From contig OX597824.1 in the NCBI GenBank assembly GCA_951406725.2, positions 76,570,001 through 76,634,000 of the forward strand: a DNA stretch of 64,000 nt, given 5' to 3'. The notes below the pieces were generated by a model. That model ran no database searches. It saw nothing but the letters and a program-made list of their open reading frames with translations, and was not told where the DNA came from. The position numbers and the translations under genes were made by a program. The DNA is from Octopus vulgaris. Lineage: Eukaryota. This document shows positions 1 to 13,785 of this stretch, in pieces. Numbering within the stretch: position 1 is the first letter of the stretch; every line of letters starts with the position of its first letter.

Positions 1-159
1 GCGAATGACAAGCAGTACAGCATGTCGTTTCCAAATTTCTGGCAGAGTGAATTGCGCCATGGTGCTGTGTTTTTCTCACAGACGGTGGTGCCCAACTGAC
101 CCTACTACACTGTGTAGTCAACAAAATCAAAAACATAAAATATACACATCACAGACTGC

Positions 160-166
160 GTATATG

Positions 167-200
<34 letters not shown>

Positions 201-227
201 TGTATGTATGTATGTATGTATGTATGC

Positions 228-274
<47 letters not shown>

Positions 275-405
275 CGTACATATACGTATGTATCTAACTC
301 GCTTTCATCGAGCGTTAAATTAACTCATTGCTTGAGCATGTCCTCACGTTCGTTTTTTCCTTCTTTTTTTCCTGTCTTTTAATTGTGTTCTTTGAATTGT
401 CTATA

Positions 406-473
<68 letters not shown>

Positions 474-706
474 AATATATATAAATAGATATATATATGT
501 GCGTGCGTGTGTGTGTGTGTATGAATGTATGTATATATTATACACAAAGGTGGAGGAAGAGAAAGATAGAAATACACTTACGTATGTATATATATATATA
601 TATGTATGTGTATGTATGTGTATACGTATAGAGTGTATGCATATATGTGTTTTTATACATACATGCTTAGATATATTCATATATATGCACACATAAACAG
701 ACTCAC

Positions 707-737
<31 letters not shown>

Positions 738-910
738 GCTATAGATAGATACACACACACACACACACGCATATATATATATATATATATTGAGCGAGAG
801 ACTTCGACAGAGAAAGAGAGAGACAGAGAGAGACAGAGAGACAGAGAGAGAGAGAGAGAGACAGAGAGAGAGAGACAGAGACAGAGAGGGAGAGAGAGAA
901 AGAGAGAGTG
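160..910. repeat. Compound microsatellite block: (TATG)n, (TA)n, (CA)n, (GA)n
   Basis: Directly visible simple repeats; they explain the [12 protein letters not shown] ORFs. Confidence 0.95.
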
Positions 911-1189
911 AGGCAAAAGAGAGATGAATATGATGAAATGGATTGAAAGAGATTCTTTATTTTATTCATGACACTACAATTGTTTCCACACATCGTTACA
1001 CTCGTAGTTCATTGGTGAGATGAAATAATTAGCAAATTGCTAATTACTTTGCTATCATCACTGGTGTAAAATGTGTTTCTGCTGATTGTTATTTTAAATA
1101 AATATTTTGCTAGATCACGCTTTAATTCATTCTAATACATTATTGTCATTTCACTCTCTACAAGAATGTTTTAAAACTAAATTTTATTT

Positions 1190-1385
1190 CTATCAGGCAC
1201 AAGGCCCGAAATCTTGGTGGAAGGGGCCAGTTGATTAGATCGACCCCGTATGTAACTGATACATAATTTATGCCCCCCCCCAGAAAGGATCAAAGGCAAG
1301 GTCGACCTCGGCGTAATTTGAAATTAGAACTTAATACCGGTAAGCATTTCGTCCAGCGTTCTTAACGTTTCTGCCAGCTCGCTGC
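1190..1385 (-). mobile_element. SINE family A copy, degraded, with tail type 2
   Basis: Reverse-complement similarity to 14871-15102 (GAGCTGGCAGAAACGTTA...GTCGACCTTGCCTTT) and to the CTTGTGCC tail. Confidence 0.75.
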
Positions 1386-1584
1386 GTTTAAAACTGTAAA
1401 CATTATGTAAGTTTTCCTGTGGAACATTTGTGTGCTACGTCGTTAAAATCGGAGTAATACTGAAACAATAGGCACTGGTCATTCACCGATTTTCTACACA
1501 TTCAGAAACCCAAAGAATATGTGCGTGTGTGTGTGTGTGTGCGCGCATGTTTCCATCTATCTGTCTTTCTGTTTGTCTGTCCGT

Positions 1585-1940
1585 TACTGCTTATATGTTG
1601 TACTGTCGTTACTGCCCTGGTTTTATTACCATTTTTACCCCTCTACGAAAAAATCTCAAATTTTAATTGATTTGCTTTTCGCAGGAAGGAAAGTTTCTCA
1701 TCGAAGATACGTCTCGCCTTCACCTTCGAAACGTAGAGTAGATGAAACCATGGCGACTGAAGAAGGGTTTTTTTCTTTGTTGTTTAAAAAATGTCAAGTT
1801 CCTTGGGTTTGTGTCTGTTTTCGTTTCTCATTGTGTTCGACGTTTTTTTGGTGTCCTGTACTCATATATGCGTGTATATATACATGTAGAGGTAGGTACG
1901 TACATATATGTATATATATATGCATGTTTTATTTATTAAT
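1585..1940. mobile_element. Dispersed repeat, probably a Penelope-like terminal fragment; paralog at about 33840-34240
   Basis: About 350 bp of clear similarity to 33840-34240; contains CGAAACGT and CTGAAGA motifs and abuts (TA)n. Confidence 0.55.
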
Positions 1941-1961
1941 ATATATATATATATATATATA

Positions 1962-2259
1962 TCACGTGATCACGTGACCGACCAGGCTATCAGATGTAGC
2001 TACACATCGCCGGTCACAATGCGCTTCGCATTGTTTTAGCCTTCAAATGACGCCACCTAGCTGGCTAAGCGAGCAGAAGAAAGAGTGAGAGAAAGTTGCA
2101 GCGAAAGAGTGCAGCAGGGATCGCCACCACAGGGATCGTGTACAGCAGGGATCGTAGAGCTTTAAGTTTTTTCCGCTGAATAAACTCTCAACGCCCGGTC
2201 TGGGAATCGAAACCGCGATCCTACGACCACTACCCTAACCACTGGGTCATTGTGCCTCC
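1962..2259 (-). mobile_element. SINE family C copy (tRNA-like head, tail variant C2)
   Basis: Head GGAGGCACAATGACCCAGTGGTTAGGG...GGTTTCGATTCCC shared with 25217-25596; different 3' part ending GGTCACGTGATCACGTGAT. Confidence 0.8.
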
Positions 2260-2293
2260 ATATATATATATGCTATTATGTTCACATGCTATT

Positions 2294-2394
<101 letters not shown>

Positions 2395-3214
2395 GTGCCT
2401 TGAAACTCTGAAACTCAATAATTTCGGTGGATAACTTCCACTCAAGTTGACGTCAATCGAAGCTTTCGAACGTTTCCTAATCTACACACAATTCTCAGAA
2501 ATAAACGTGTATCATAGTGTGTCTTTTTTTTTATTCAAGAGCTTGTGAAACAAATCTAGATCTCAAACATGAAGATAATGTGTTATTACAGCATCAGACA
2601 CATTCATATTAATTCAATATGACGGTTTCGAACCTATATGATTTATAAAGGAATTTAACAAATTAAATTCGCTATCGAATGTAACTTTAGTTACCTTACT
2701 ACGTGTAATATATTAATCTAATTTGATATTTTTCAACAGAAAAGCAAAAACATATTAAATATCGCTTCTTCACATAATATTCAATTATCCTAACGATATC
2801 CTTAATCGCAATTTAATTATTTTTACTGCGTTTTATTTATTTTAAACATTTAATCAAATTTTTAGTTTAGATTATATAACTTCTCGAATTTATATTTTTG
2901 CGTGAGCGTATACACAGAACCATATATATGCATATGTATGTATGTATGTATGTATGTGCCATAGTATAATTCACACGACTACAACATTAAGCTAGAATAT
3001 CAAACTATTTATTCAAATTTTAATGTCCGATGTTCAAGTTCGAAATTCACAGGTTTCGGGAATTTATTTTTATCCAACACGGGATAATAAAATGCAAAGT
3101 GACTTCGGCAAGGTGTGAAATTAATGTAAAGACCCATAACAAATGTCACATGCTATTATGTTCATAGTGCTAACATGTCTGCCAATCTGTTCACTTTATA
3201 AGAATTATAATAAC

Positions 3215-3215
<1 letters not shown>

Positions 3216-3299
<84 letters not shown>
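3216..3299. repeat. (ATT)n microsatellite at the 3' flank of the R4/Dong-like element
   Basis: Direct reading. Confidence 0.95.
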
Positions 3300-4322
<1,023 letters not shown>

Positions 4323-5215
4323 TATCAATGTGACACTGGAGTACATATATACGCAGCCCAATATACCCATCATGATTACCCGTCTGATAAGTGTACACCA
4401 GGCGCATGAATCACAACCATATGTGCTCAACGCTCAACTCGGTGATCTCATATCAAAACAAACAGAGCTTGACCTTACTGGTGGAGCCAAGTTAGATTTC
4501 TCTGTAGTTCAAGTAGCCTGACTTACCTTAAAGGTCTCCGAATAAGGTTTGTTTATGGATGGTGAACGAAACACGCATGCTTTCAGGTTTCCAAAGAATT
4601 CCTCTCAACACATGGCTATGCATATCTGCTCGCGATCAGATATGCACATATAGTCAGTCACTAAGTCACATGCTCAACTGGTTAAAGTTAAACAACCGAC
4701 AAGCAAAACTATGGTGTTGGGCAGAATATTTGCTGTAGCTCATCTTTTATATCAAGACAGAATTTGTACAAGATAACACTTCCAATCAGTTAAGATCAGA
4801 AGCCATGAGAGCCACTGCCCGGTACTGCATCAGAGTTGGCAGCAATACGTCCTATGACATTTGGAATTTATCTCTTTCAGATAGTTCCAAGTGCACCGAT
4901 CACAATAGGTACCATACTCACTTTTGTGGCTTCATAAATTCTTTTCCCTTCCAATCTTAGGTCTTGGTACTTCGCGACTTTTTAGGCCCATGACTTCACA
5001 ATATTCTGGTCTGCATGTATATCTACCTTGATAGAAGTCCATTCTTTAGATTCTTACAGTAATGGGTCTGTTATGTTGGAGCTTTTTGTCTGTGTATATT
5101 GGCAGATCCCATGTGAATTTTTCCTGATCATTCTCTGCTACTGTTAAAAGTTGGTGCTCATACCACTTGGTGGTATATCCTAGTCCAAACATCTTGCCCA
5201 ACTCCCTTGGCATTC
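4323..5215 (-). mobile_element. Second, older R4/Dong-like fragment: degraded RLE plus about 500 bp probable 3' UTR
   Basis: Minus-strand remnants WYEHQ...FTWDLPIYTDKKLQHNRP and VPIVIGALG; the 4630-4835 segment is repeated at 40680-40892. Confidence 0.7.
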
Positions 5216-5349
5216 GCAGTTTTCTTTATTTTTTTTGTAATCTCCGTTGGTGTTGAGGTTCAGCAACATTAGCTTAACATTAGCTTAATGTGCGCTGCAG
5301 TTCCTCTGCTAGCCCTGTGCCAAAATTTGAAACCACCAGTACCGGCAAC

Positions 5350-5364
5350 AGTAACACCACCACC

Positions 5365-5438
<74 letters not shown>

Positions 5439-5540
5439 AGCTGCTACTACTACTACTACTACAGCTGCTACTACTACTACAGCTGCTACTACTACAGCTG
5501 CTGCTACTACTACTACCACTACTACCACCACCACCACCCT

Positions 5541-5574
<34 letters not shown>

Positions 5575-5645
5575 GCAGCTGCTGCTACTGCTACTATCAC
5601 TACCACCACCACCACTACTACCACCACCACCACCAACACCACCCT

Positions 5646-5700
<55 letters not shown>
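5350..5700. repeat. (ACT)n/(ACC)n/(GCT)n trinucleotide array
   Basis: Direct reading; source of the poly-T/poly-V/poly-L ORFs. Confidence 0.95.
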
Positions 5701-5701
<1 letters not shown>

Positions 5702-5744
5702 TTGTTATCAATTTCCGATTGTTTACATCTGATATTTTCAAATT

Positions 5745-5985
5745 GTTGTTATATATATATATATATAAAAGGAAATGAAGAAAATGCTGACAAAATAATT
5801 TAAGTCATTTAAGTAATTTAAGTCATTTAATTAGGTGAAAGTTCTTTTTACCGGTTGCGCATTTGTTATGCTTATCAAAAGATAATTTTTTAAAGAGAGA
5901 TAGAGTTCTTTTCTGACAGATTTTTTCCTCTTATCTGTCAGCATTTGTCAGCATTTTCTTCATTTCCTTTTTTATATATCACAAC
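5745..5985. mobile_element. MITE-like element with long inverted termini
   Basis: AAAAGGAAATGAAGAAAATGCTGACAAA (about 5767-5794) is the reverse complement of TTTGTCAGCATTTTCTTCATTTCCTTTT (about 5944-5971); imperfect pairing extends outward. Confidence 0.6.
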
Positions 5986-6197
5986 TCGTGTTCCACATCT
6001 CCTTTTTTAAATATATATATATATATAAATTATTAAAAAAAATATTTTACTGTCTACTAATCATTTATTTTCGATTACATTACATTCGTTGATTATTTTT
6101 CTCGATTCTTTTTCTGTTTTTTCTTTCCGTTTTACATTTCCATCAGTTTCGTCGTATTTGTGAAATTTCAACACCCATTTATTGAATGAATATATGA

Positions 6198-6619
6198 GGC
6201 GCAGGAGTGGCTGTGTGGTAAGTAGCTTGCTAAACAACCACATGGTTCCGGGTTCAGTCCTACTGCGTGGCATCTTGGGCAAGTGTCTTCTGCTATAGCC
6301 CCGGGCCGACCAATGCCTTGTGAGTGGATTTGGTAGACGGAAACTGAAAGAAGCCTGTCGTATATATGTATATATATATATATGTATGTGTGTGTGTTTG
6401 TGTTTGTGTGTCTGTGTCTGTCCCCCTAGCATTGCTTGACAACCGATGCTGGTGTGTTTACGTCCCCGTCACTTAGCGGTTCGGCAAAAGAGACTGATAG
6501 AATAAGTACTGGGCTTACAAAGAAATCCCGGGGTCGATTTGCTCGACTAAAGGCGGTGCTCCAGCATGGTCGCAGTCAAATGACTGAAACAAGTAAAAGA
6601 GTAAAAGAGTAAAAGAGTA
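6198..6619 (+). mobile_element. SINE family B, full length: tRNA-like head, internal microsatellite, LINE-like tail with (GTAAAAGA)n
   Basis: A-box-like TGGCTGTGTGG and B-box-like GGTTCAGTCC; more than 10 related copies in the window; tail AAAGGCGGTGCTCCAGCATGG. Confidence 0.9.
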
Positions 6620-6999
6620 TGTGCATTTGTGTGTTTGAGCTGTGTGTGTCTGTTTCTATGTCCGTCGATCTGTCTTTCTGTATGTATGTTTGCACGCGTC
6701 AATGCATGTATGTAAGTATGAATATATACATATATGTATGTATGTATGTGTGTGTGTGTATGTGCGTTTGTGTGTATGTATGTGTGTGTCTGTGTCTACG
6801 TTTGGTTAGATATGCATATATACATCATATATATATATATATATATAGATAGATAGATAGATAGATAGACAGATATAGATATAGAGAGATAGATAGGCAG
6901 ATAGACACAAATATACACAAACATGCAAATATATATATATATTTGTATGTATATATGTATATATATATTAATGTAAATGAGAAATATATGTATATTTTG

Positions 7000-7265
7000 G
7001 AAGCACTTGGGTTAGTGGTTAAGGTGCTGCACTCATGATTGTAAGATTCTAGTTTCGATTCACGGATCGGGTGATATGTTGTTTTCTTGAGAAAAATACC
7101 TTAATTCACGTAATCCCCGTCTACTCAACTGACAAAAGTGAGAAATTAATTCTGAGACTGACCGGCGTCCTGCTCACGCTCAGTGGGGGTACATATATGC
7201 TACAGAATCCGGGAAACTCGCCTTCTGAGCCTATGACTCAGAAAGGAAGAACTTTCGATTGTTGT
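7000..7265 (+). mobile_element. Degraded SINE family C (C3-type tail)
   Basis: AGTGGTTAAGGTG...GTTTCGATTC head and CAGAATCCGGGAAAC tail resemble 32725-33045 and 61147-61460. Confidence 0.55.
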
Positions 7266-8329
7266 ATTTTTTTTTTCATTTTTTAAACATATGTATATTA
7301 TTTCTGATATGAAATGGCTTGACATATATATGTGTTTGTATTTGTAAGTATTAACGTGTATCACTATGTCTGGTTGTATGCATAAATGTATAAATGCGTG
7401 TTTGAATGTGTACCGAATTTTTCCAGGTCTCTCAATAATGTATATTTTTCACTATATTCTCTACTTAAGGTTATTTTTCAGGCGTTGGGCTTCTTTTATA
7501 TAATTCATATATAATAAAAGGAATATCAAATAATTATATTATATATTGCTCCAGTACAGGTTAGTGAGAGGACTGTCTTATGCTGCATTAGTATGGCATA
7601 AGATGCTGTAGCAGTGCCGTTTTGCCGCTGCCGTTCTGGCGCCGCCCTTTTGGCATCGCTGATTCGACACTAATTTATTTCACATCTGACTTTTTGTTTC
7701 TCTCGTTTTACTGGTCCTCTCGTTTTCCCCTCCCTATCTCCCCCTCTTATAGCTCTGTCTGTCTCTCCGACCTGTCTGTCAGTCTGTCTCGGCTTATGTG
7801 GGTAAGCGTATGTGTTTTCATGTTAATGAGAAAATCGAGTGTGTTTATGTAAATCATGTTCAGTCAATCAATATACTGTAATATCTTTTTCTCCTTCTCC
7901 TTCTTCTCACTCTATCCATAGATATATATTTCTGTACAGGCATGCATGTGTGTGTGTGTGTGTGCGTGCGTATGTTTGCCACCAGTGCCAAAAAGTACCC
8001 CAAAAGATTCTATGACCAAGTTACAAGTATTGCACGCAGAGCCGTGGCTAATCGTCTCATATTGCTATTATTATGAACTTCTGGTACTGTTTATTCTCCA
8101 GTGTCTTCTTAATAAAGATCCAATTAAGTTCTTTCAAGATATATTCATACTTGTTACTTATTTTTCAAGTGTCATTCATTAAAAATCACCTTTCCTGTTC
8201 TTTCCTGTTGGCTTACTTCAAATCATTTGATTAAATGGTAAAATTTGATTTATCATCAATTGTCATTAATCGCCTAATGAAGACATTTGTCTAGACATGA
8301 GACTTTGAAGTTTTTTTTTATATCACTTT

Positions 8330-8541
8330 CTTTCATTCTGTTGCTTGTTTCAGTCATTTGACTGCGGCCATTCTCTTGAAGGGAAATTTCTTTTAGTCGA
8401 ACAAATCGACGTAAGGACTTATTTTCTAAAGCCTAGTACTTATTCTATCGGTTTCTTTTGCCGAACTGCTAAGTTATGGGGACGTAAGCACACCAATACC
8501 GGTTGTCAAGTGGTGATGGAGGGACAAACACAGACAAAAAG

Positions 8542-8610
<69 letters not shown>

Positions 8611-8738
8611 TAGAGACCTATATATATATATATATATATATAAAATAGTGGTTTTTCTAATATTATAATATTTACTATAAAATTGGAATTAATCCTAAAT
8701 CTGATTTTTCCTGTAAATTTGGATTTATTCCTAATATT

Positions 8739-8783
<45 letters not shown>

Positions 8784-8960
8784 GATACATATGTGTGTGT
8801 GTGTACGACGGGCTTCTTTCAGTTTCCGTCTACCGAATACACTCGCAATGCTTTGGTTGGCCCGAGGCTATAGCAGAAGACACTTGCACAAGGTGCCACG
8901 CAGTGGGAACGTGGACCCATGTGATTGGGAAGCAAGTTTCTTACCACACAGCCACGCCTG
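8330..8960 (-). mobile_element. SINE family B, degraded, with expanded internal (TA)n
   Basis: Reverse-complement similarity to 6198-6619. Confidence 0.8.
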
Positions 8961-9767
8961 CACTTACATAAAAATATTTCTGCGTATTTTTAAAAATGTG
9001 TAATTTTTGCCTTATGCGTCTCATACAAGCTCACACAAACACACATATACACGCACACACACACACACACGTATTCTGGTTTGAACGTCAATATTAGCAT
9101 GTTCGTAATGTTTGCGTGGGTCAGACGGAATTCGTTCAGGGATTCCTTACGACTTGATTTACTTCCTGTCGCCAAACCTCATCTGCAATTTCCAAACAAG
9201 TTAATGCTTCATCACTCTTTAAAATGTTTCCCATGCAAGATTGTAAACTAGTGAGCCTCATGAGAATATCATTTATTTCGATCCCTACAAAACGAATTCT
9301 CTTAATGTGCTCGAATAAATGTATATACCAATATCTTGGCAGAACACCGAATACTGCGATATTAGCCCAGGGAGTTCCTTTCATGTAGGCGCTTAAAAGC
9401 ACGCACATATATATATGTATGTATGTATATATATGTATGTATGTATGTATGTAGGTATGTATGTATGTATGTATATATATATATATATATATACACACAT
9501 GTATATATGTGTGTACGAAACGATGAATAGCCTTCGCATAAACTACTGGTTCGTTTTGTTCTCTTACTTTATCATCATCTTATAATCATCTCATAATAAT
9601 GACCTTTATGACTCGTATTACTACCTCAGTCAATCTAAATGTATATATTTGTCACTACCTGTCATAAATAGCCTTTTTCTATTTGCAATATGCATTTTCG
9701 TTGATTTTTCATATTTTACCCTTACATTTCCACGTGTATTTTATATTTTCTTTTCGTAACATATTTC

Positions 9768-9849
<82 letters not shown>

Positions 9850-9852
<3 letters not shown>

Positions 9853-10291
9853 TCAAAATTACTAAGTCTCTTTAAAAGAGATTACGACAGCGTTTCTGGA
9901 AATTAACAGTTATCGCCATACTAATATGGCATTCTTAAAAATAAGAATAAAGCTGTCGCTGATTAGCTCCATGAAGCCATCGCCGCAAGCTAGCTACTTG
10001 ACACACAAACTGCTTGCGTTATTAAACCTTCCAACAGGGGAGGTCAGCCGCCTCAACCTGCTAGTCCGACAGCTACAGACATGTTTCAGGGTTGTTGCCC
10101 CTTTCAATGCAGGACAAGTAACATAACAAATGACCCTTCATCAGTTATCGGCTGTCTATCTACTCATCACTTCGAGCATTATATATATATATGTATATAT
10201 ATATTTATATATATATATATAATGCTCGAAGTGATGAGTAGATAGACAGCCGATAACTGATGAAGGGTCGTTTGTTATGTTACTTGTCCTG
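9850..10291. mobile_element. Penelope-like terminal fragments, including an inverted repeat with about 70 bp arms (10110-10291) around a (TA)n spacer
   Basis: Arm CAGGACAAGTAACATAACAAATGACCC...CTTCGAGCATTA and its reverse complement differ by one mismatch; CTGATGA and GAAACATGTC motifs are present. Confidence 0.6.
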
Positions 10292-10528
10292 TTTTTGTTT
10301 CTCTCGTTGTTTGCGTATTGAACTCGTTTGGTTTCGTATTTCATGTGGTTTACTGTTGGTGACGTCCTGTAGCCATATATGCATGTTGTGCATATATATG
10401 TGTGTGTGCGTGTGTGTGTGTGTTTGGAGGTGCGTTTGAGTGTGTGTGTTTTGGGGGGATGTTTGTGTGTGTGGTAGTGTTCGCGAACAAGTGTGTGATC
10501 GGAAAAATTCGATGAATTACTGCTGATT

Positions 10529-10581
<53 letters not shown>

Positions 10582-11011
10582 GCTGCTGCTACTACTAATC
10601 GTATTACTAATAGTCTAGTCTAGACATTGAAAATACATAAATATTATTTGATATGCTATAAGTTAATTAATGTCAAATTATTCACTATAAACATAGAAGA
10701 ATATAATATAATTACTTGATAATGTAATTAGATGGCTCTCCATTGTTTCTTACTTTTCATTATTCTTTTCCTCAAGGAAAATCTTGAAAAATATCGTTTC
10801 TTTCAGCTAAAAACCATTTTCTCCAATTAAAATGACAAAGAAACAAAACAATAACAGTGCTGCCGCTGATGGGAATAGTCATAATCCTTTTATAACATAG
10901 GCACAATTTTAGGGCCAACGGTAAGTCCACAATGTTCAACTGATATTTATTTTATCGACAACAAAAGAATGAAAGGCAAAGCTGACCGCGGGGAAAATTA
11001 TCGTCAGCCTC

Positions 11012-11051
11012 CATCATCATCATCATTATTATTGTTATTTATTATCATTAA

Positions 11052-11099
<48 letters not shown>

Positions 11100-11136
11100 C
11101 ATTATTATTATCATTATTATTATTATTATTTTCATT

Positions 11137-11189
<53 letters not shown>

Positions 11190-11237
11190 CATTATTATTA
11201 TTATCATTATTATTATTATTATTATTATCATTATTAC

Positions 11238-11332
<95 letters not shown>

Positions 11333-11488
11333 TAGTAGTAATAATAATAATAGTAATAGTAATAGTAATAATAATAATGATAATAATAATAATAATGATA
11401 ATAATAATAATAATAATAATAATAATAGTAATAGTAATAGTAATAGTAATAGTAATAATAATAATAATAATAATGATTATTAATAATT
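11012..11488. repeat. (ATT)n-(AGT)n-(AAT)n array that switches strand orientation
   Basis: Direct reading. Confidence 0.95.
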
Positions 11489-11914
11489 TCTGGCCTTGTG
11501 CCTAGAGTAGAAAATATTTTATCACCCGAAAATTAAAAAGAAATACTAAGTCGAACTCAATAGGATTTGAACGCAGAAAGTAAAACCGGAAGAAATATCA
11601 CAAGGATTAGGGTTGAGAGGACATCAGAATGCTCAATTTTAGATGAAGGCTCCTGGCTTGAGCATGCTCCAGCATCTTATACAAAGCCAAGTTTAAGACA
11701 CTTGGTAACGTCAAGAGATAAAACTCAGAGACGTAGTGTAAAAGTAAATAATAAAAAAATCGTAGTCCAGCCAGAAAATCAGCACAACATTTTTTTGAAT
11801 GAAATAGAATGCTTTACTTACACTTTAATCAAACTTTTATAGTCGTTGCATACGCGGTTTCAGTTAAAGAAAACAGCTTTTTTAAAACTTAGTCATTCAT
11901 TATTTTACTTATAA

Positions 11915-12310
11915 CTAGCAGTATCGCCCGGCGTTGCTCGGGTTTGTAAGGGAAATAATTATATAAGCATTTTTAGAGAGTTATAGCCAAAAAATAGCAA
12001 AAAAATGCATTAAAAATGGAAAAAAAATATGGTAAATTTTTTTTAAATCGTTGACTCATCGTAGACATTTTTAGAGAGTTACTTCCCTTATATAATAGCG
12101 AAAAAAATGCATTAAAATGGAAAAAAGGATGGTAATTTTTTTTTTAAACCGTAGACTCATCGTAGATGCGCGCTAATACCCAGAAGGGCTCGATATGAAT
12201 CACGACTATAAGATACCCGGTTTTGGTTAAACTGCACCGCAAAATGTGGGAGTAGTTAGGAATCTAAATCGTAGGAGACAGACACACAACTTCACTTTTA
12301 TATATAAAGA
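11915..12310 (-). mobile_element. Complete non-autonomous Helitron (396 bp)
   Basis: Minus strand reads A|TCTTTATATATAAAA ... CCCGAGCAACGCCGGG (hairpin) CGATACTGCTAG|T: TC start, subterminal hairpin, CTAG end, AT insertion site. Internal duplication of about 100 bp. Confidence 0.88.
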
Positions 12311-12399
12311 TTTACCCAGGCTCAGCTGATTCAAAACAGTTGTCCGTTATATATATATTGCTCGAAAAAGATTTTTCCCCAGTTTAAGAACGACATTTT

Positions 12400-13140
12400 G
12401 CTTGTGGAACGCGATTCCAAAGGCAATATGTCTTTCTTGTAGGCAATGTTTTCTTTTTGTTTTCGCTCTTGTCTATCTCACCTATCCGTGATCTTTTAGA
12501 GTGTGTTACAACAGTGGAGATAAGAAAGCATTCCCAGAAGCTACAACTAAGGCGCTGGGGATAAAATTCCTCTAGTGCTTTGTTCAAAAACTCTCCAATT
12601 AGAAACGGAGCAAAGGCGGATGCGTTCTCATAATACTGTTCCAACGTTTCTCTTATCCATTCCTCAGATCCGTTTCTTCGCACTTCACAAATGATCACAT
12701 ATCACTGCTTTTCATTTCCTGCTTTTTCCACCTACTCATACTGCACTACAAAGGTGAGAACAAGGAGAGTTTCTATATCATTGTCATCGCCTTTGACCTT
12801 ACCCTTGTGCTTCACTTCTAGGTTATATTCGGGTGTTTATCACACTACCTCTCCTTCGTTTCTCATGACGTAACAGACAACTGTAAACCATGACCTGGCT
12901 GGTTGACAGCACACTGGTCCGTGCATTAAACATGACTTCCTTCAGTCAGCTTGTTTTTGCCGGTGCACATAACACTACCCACACTTCTGGAAGGAAGGAG
13001 GCAGATACGCTCTTGGACGAATTCCTCGAGCAACGACGGGTAGTCTTTTGTAACGCACCGCTTCCATTAATTTGTTTTCCTACACTCAACGTTGTCCATG
13101 TACAAATCTCTTTGTTGCAAGCAATTGCAGCAAAGCTGCT
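12400..13140 (-). pseudogene. Degraded gag-like ORF1 of a non-LTR retrotransposon (I/Jockey-type zinc knuckles)
   Basis: Minus-strand translation YKRLPVVARGIRPRAYLPPSFQKCG*CYVHRQKQAD* resembles RPY.P.P..C..C...GH....C; a second CAVNQPGH knuckle remnant follows; in-frame stops. Confidence 0.45.
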
Positions 13141-13696
13141 TCATTTACAAAACTTTTACTCATTAAGGATTCTTGCGTGTAAGTATTATACTTGGGTTGG
13201 TATACTAATGTTTTTGTTGCTGTTTCTGTTGCTGTTGTTATTGCTGTTGCTGTTGTTGCTATTGGTAAACGAGTAGCTGAAACTATTTCCAGTGTGATTA
13301 TCTATAGAAAAGTCATTATTTTTTCCGTTTCCAATTGAATGTATTCTGCTGCAAAGAATTCCTGTTTATTTTCTTGTGTCCTTTTTTCTTGTTTACTATT
13401 TGTAGAAGCGTGTTTATTAAAGTTTGAGATTTTTGGAGTGTTCCTGCTTCAAGACGCCATTTTGTCAATTTACAAATGAAGAAAATATTTTCTTTTCAAA
13501 ATAACGTCTTTTTTTTTTCCCCGCTACGAAGGAAAAATTGTGTAAACAATTAAATAGATATTTTGCTTATGCAAGTAGTTCCACATAAAATGATAACCTT
13601 TACTACTGAAATCCTACTCGATAAAGTCATCTCCCGCAGAGCTTAAGATAACACATCTTCACGAGGTAATAACAACAGCAGCTATACCACCATCAT

Positions 13697-13785
13697 GAAG
13701 AAGAAGAAGAAGAAGAAGAAGAAGAAGAAGAAGAAGAAGAAGAAGAAGAAGAAGAAGAAGAAGAAGAAGAAGAAGAAGAAGAAGA
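13697..13785. repeat. (GAA)n microsatellite
   Basis: Direct reading. Confidence 0.95.

Noticed and set aside
7590-7660. Minus-strand peptide MPKGRRQNGSGKTALL resembling a P-loop, next to a short hairpin at about 7576-7605
   Set aside because: Only about 22 codons before a stop, no upstream beta-strand or clear splice context; the hairpin is too short for a pre-miRNA call.
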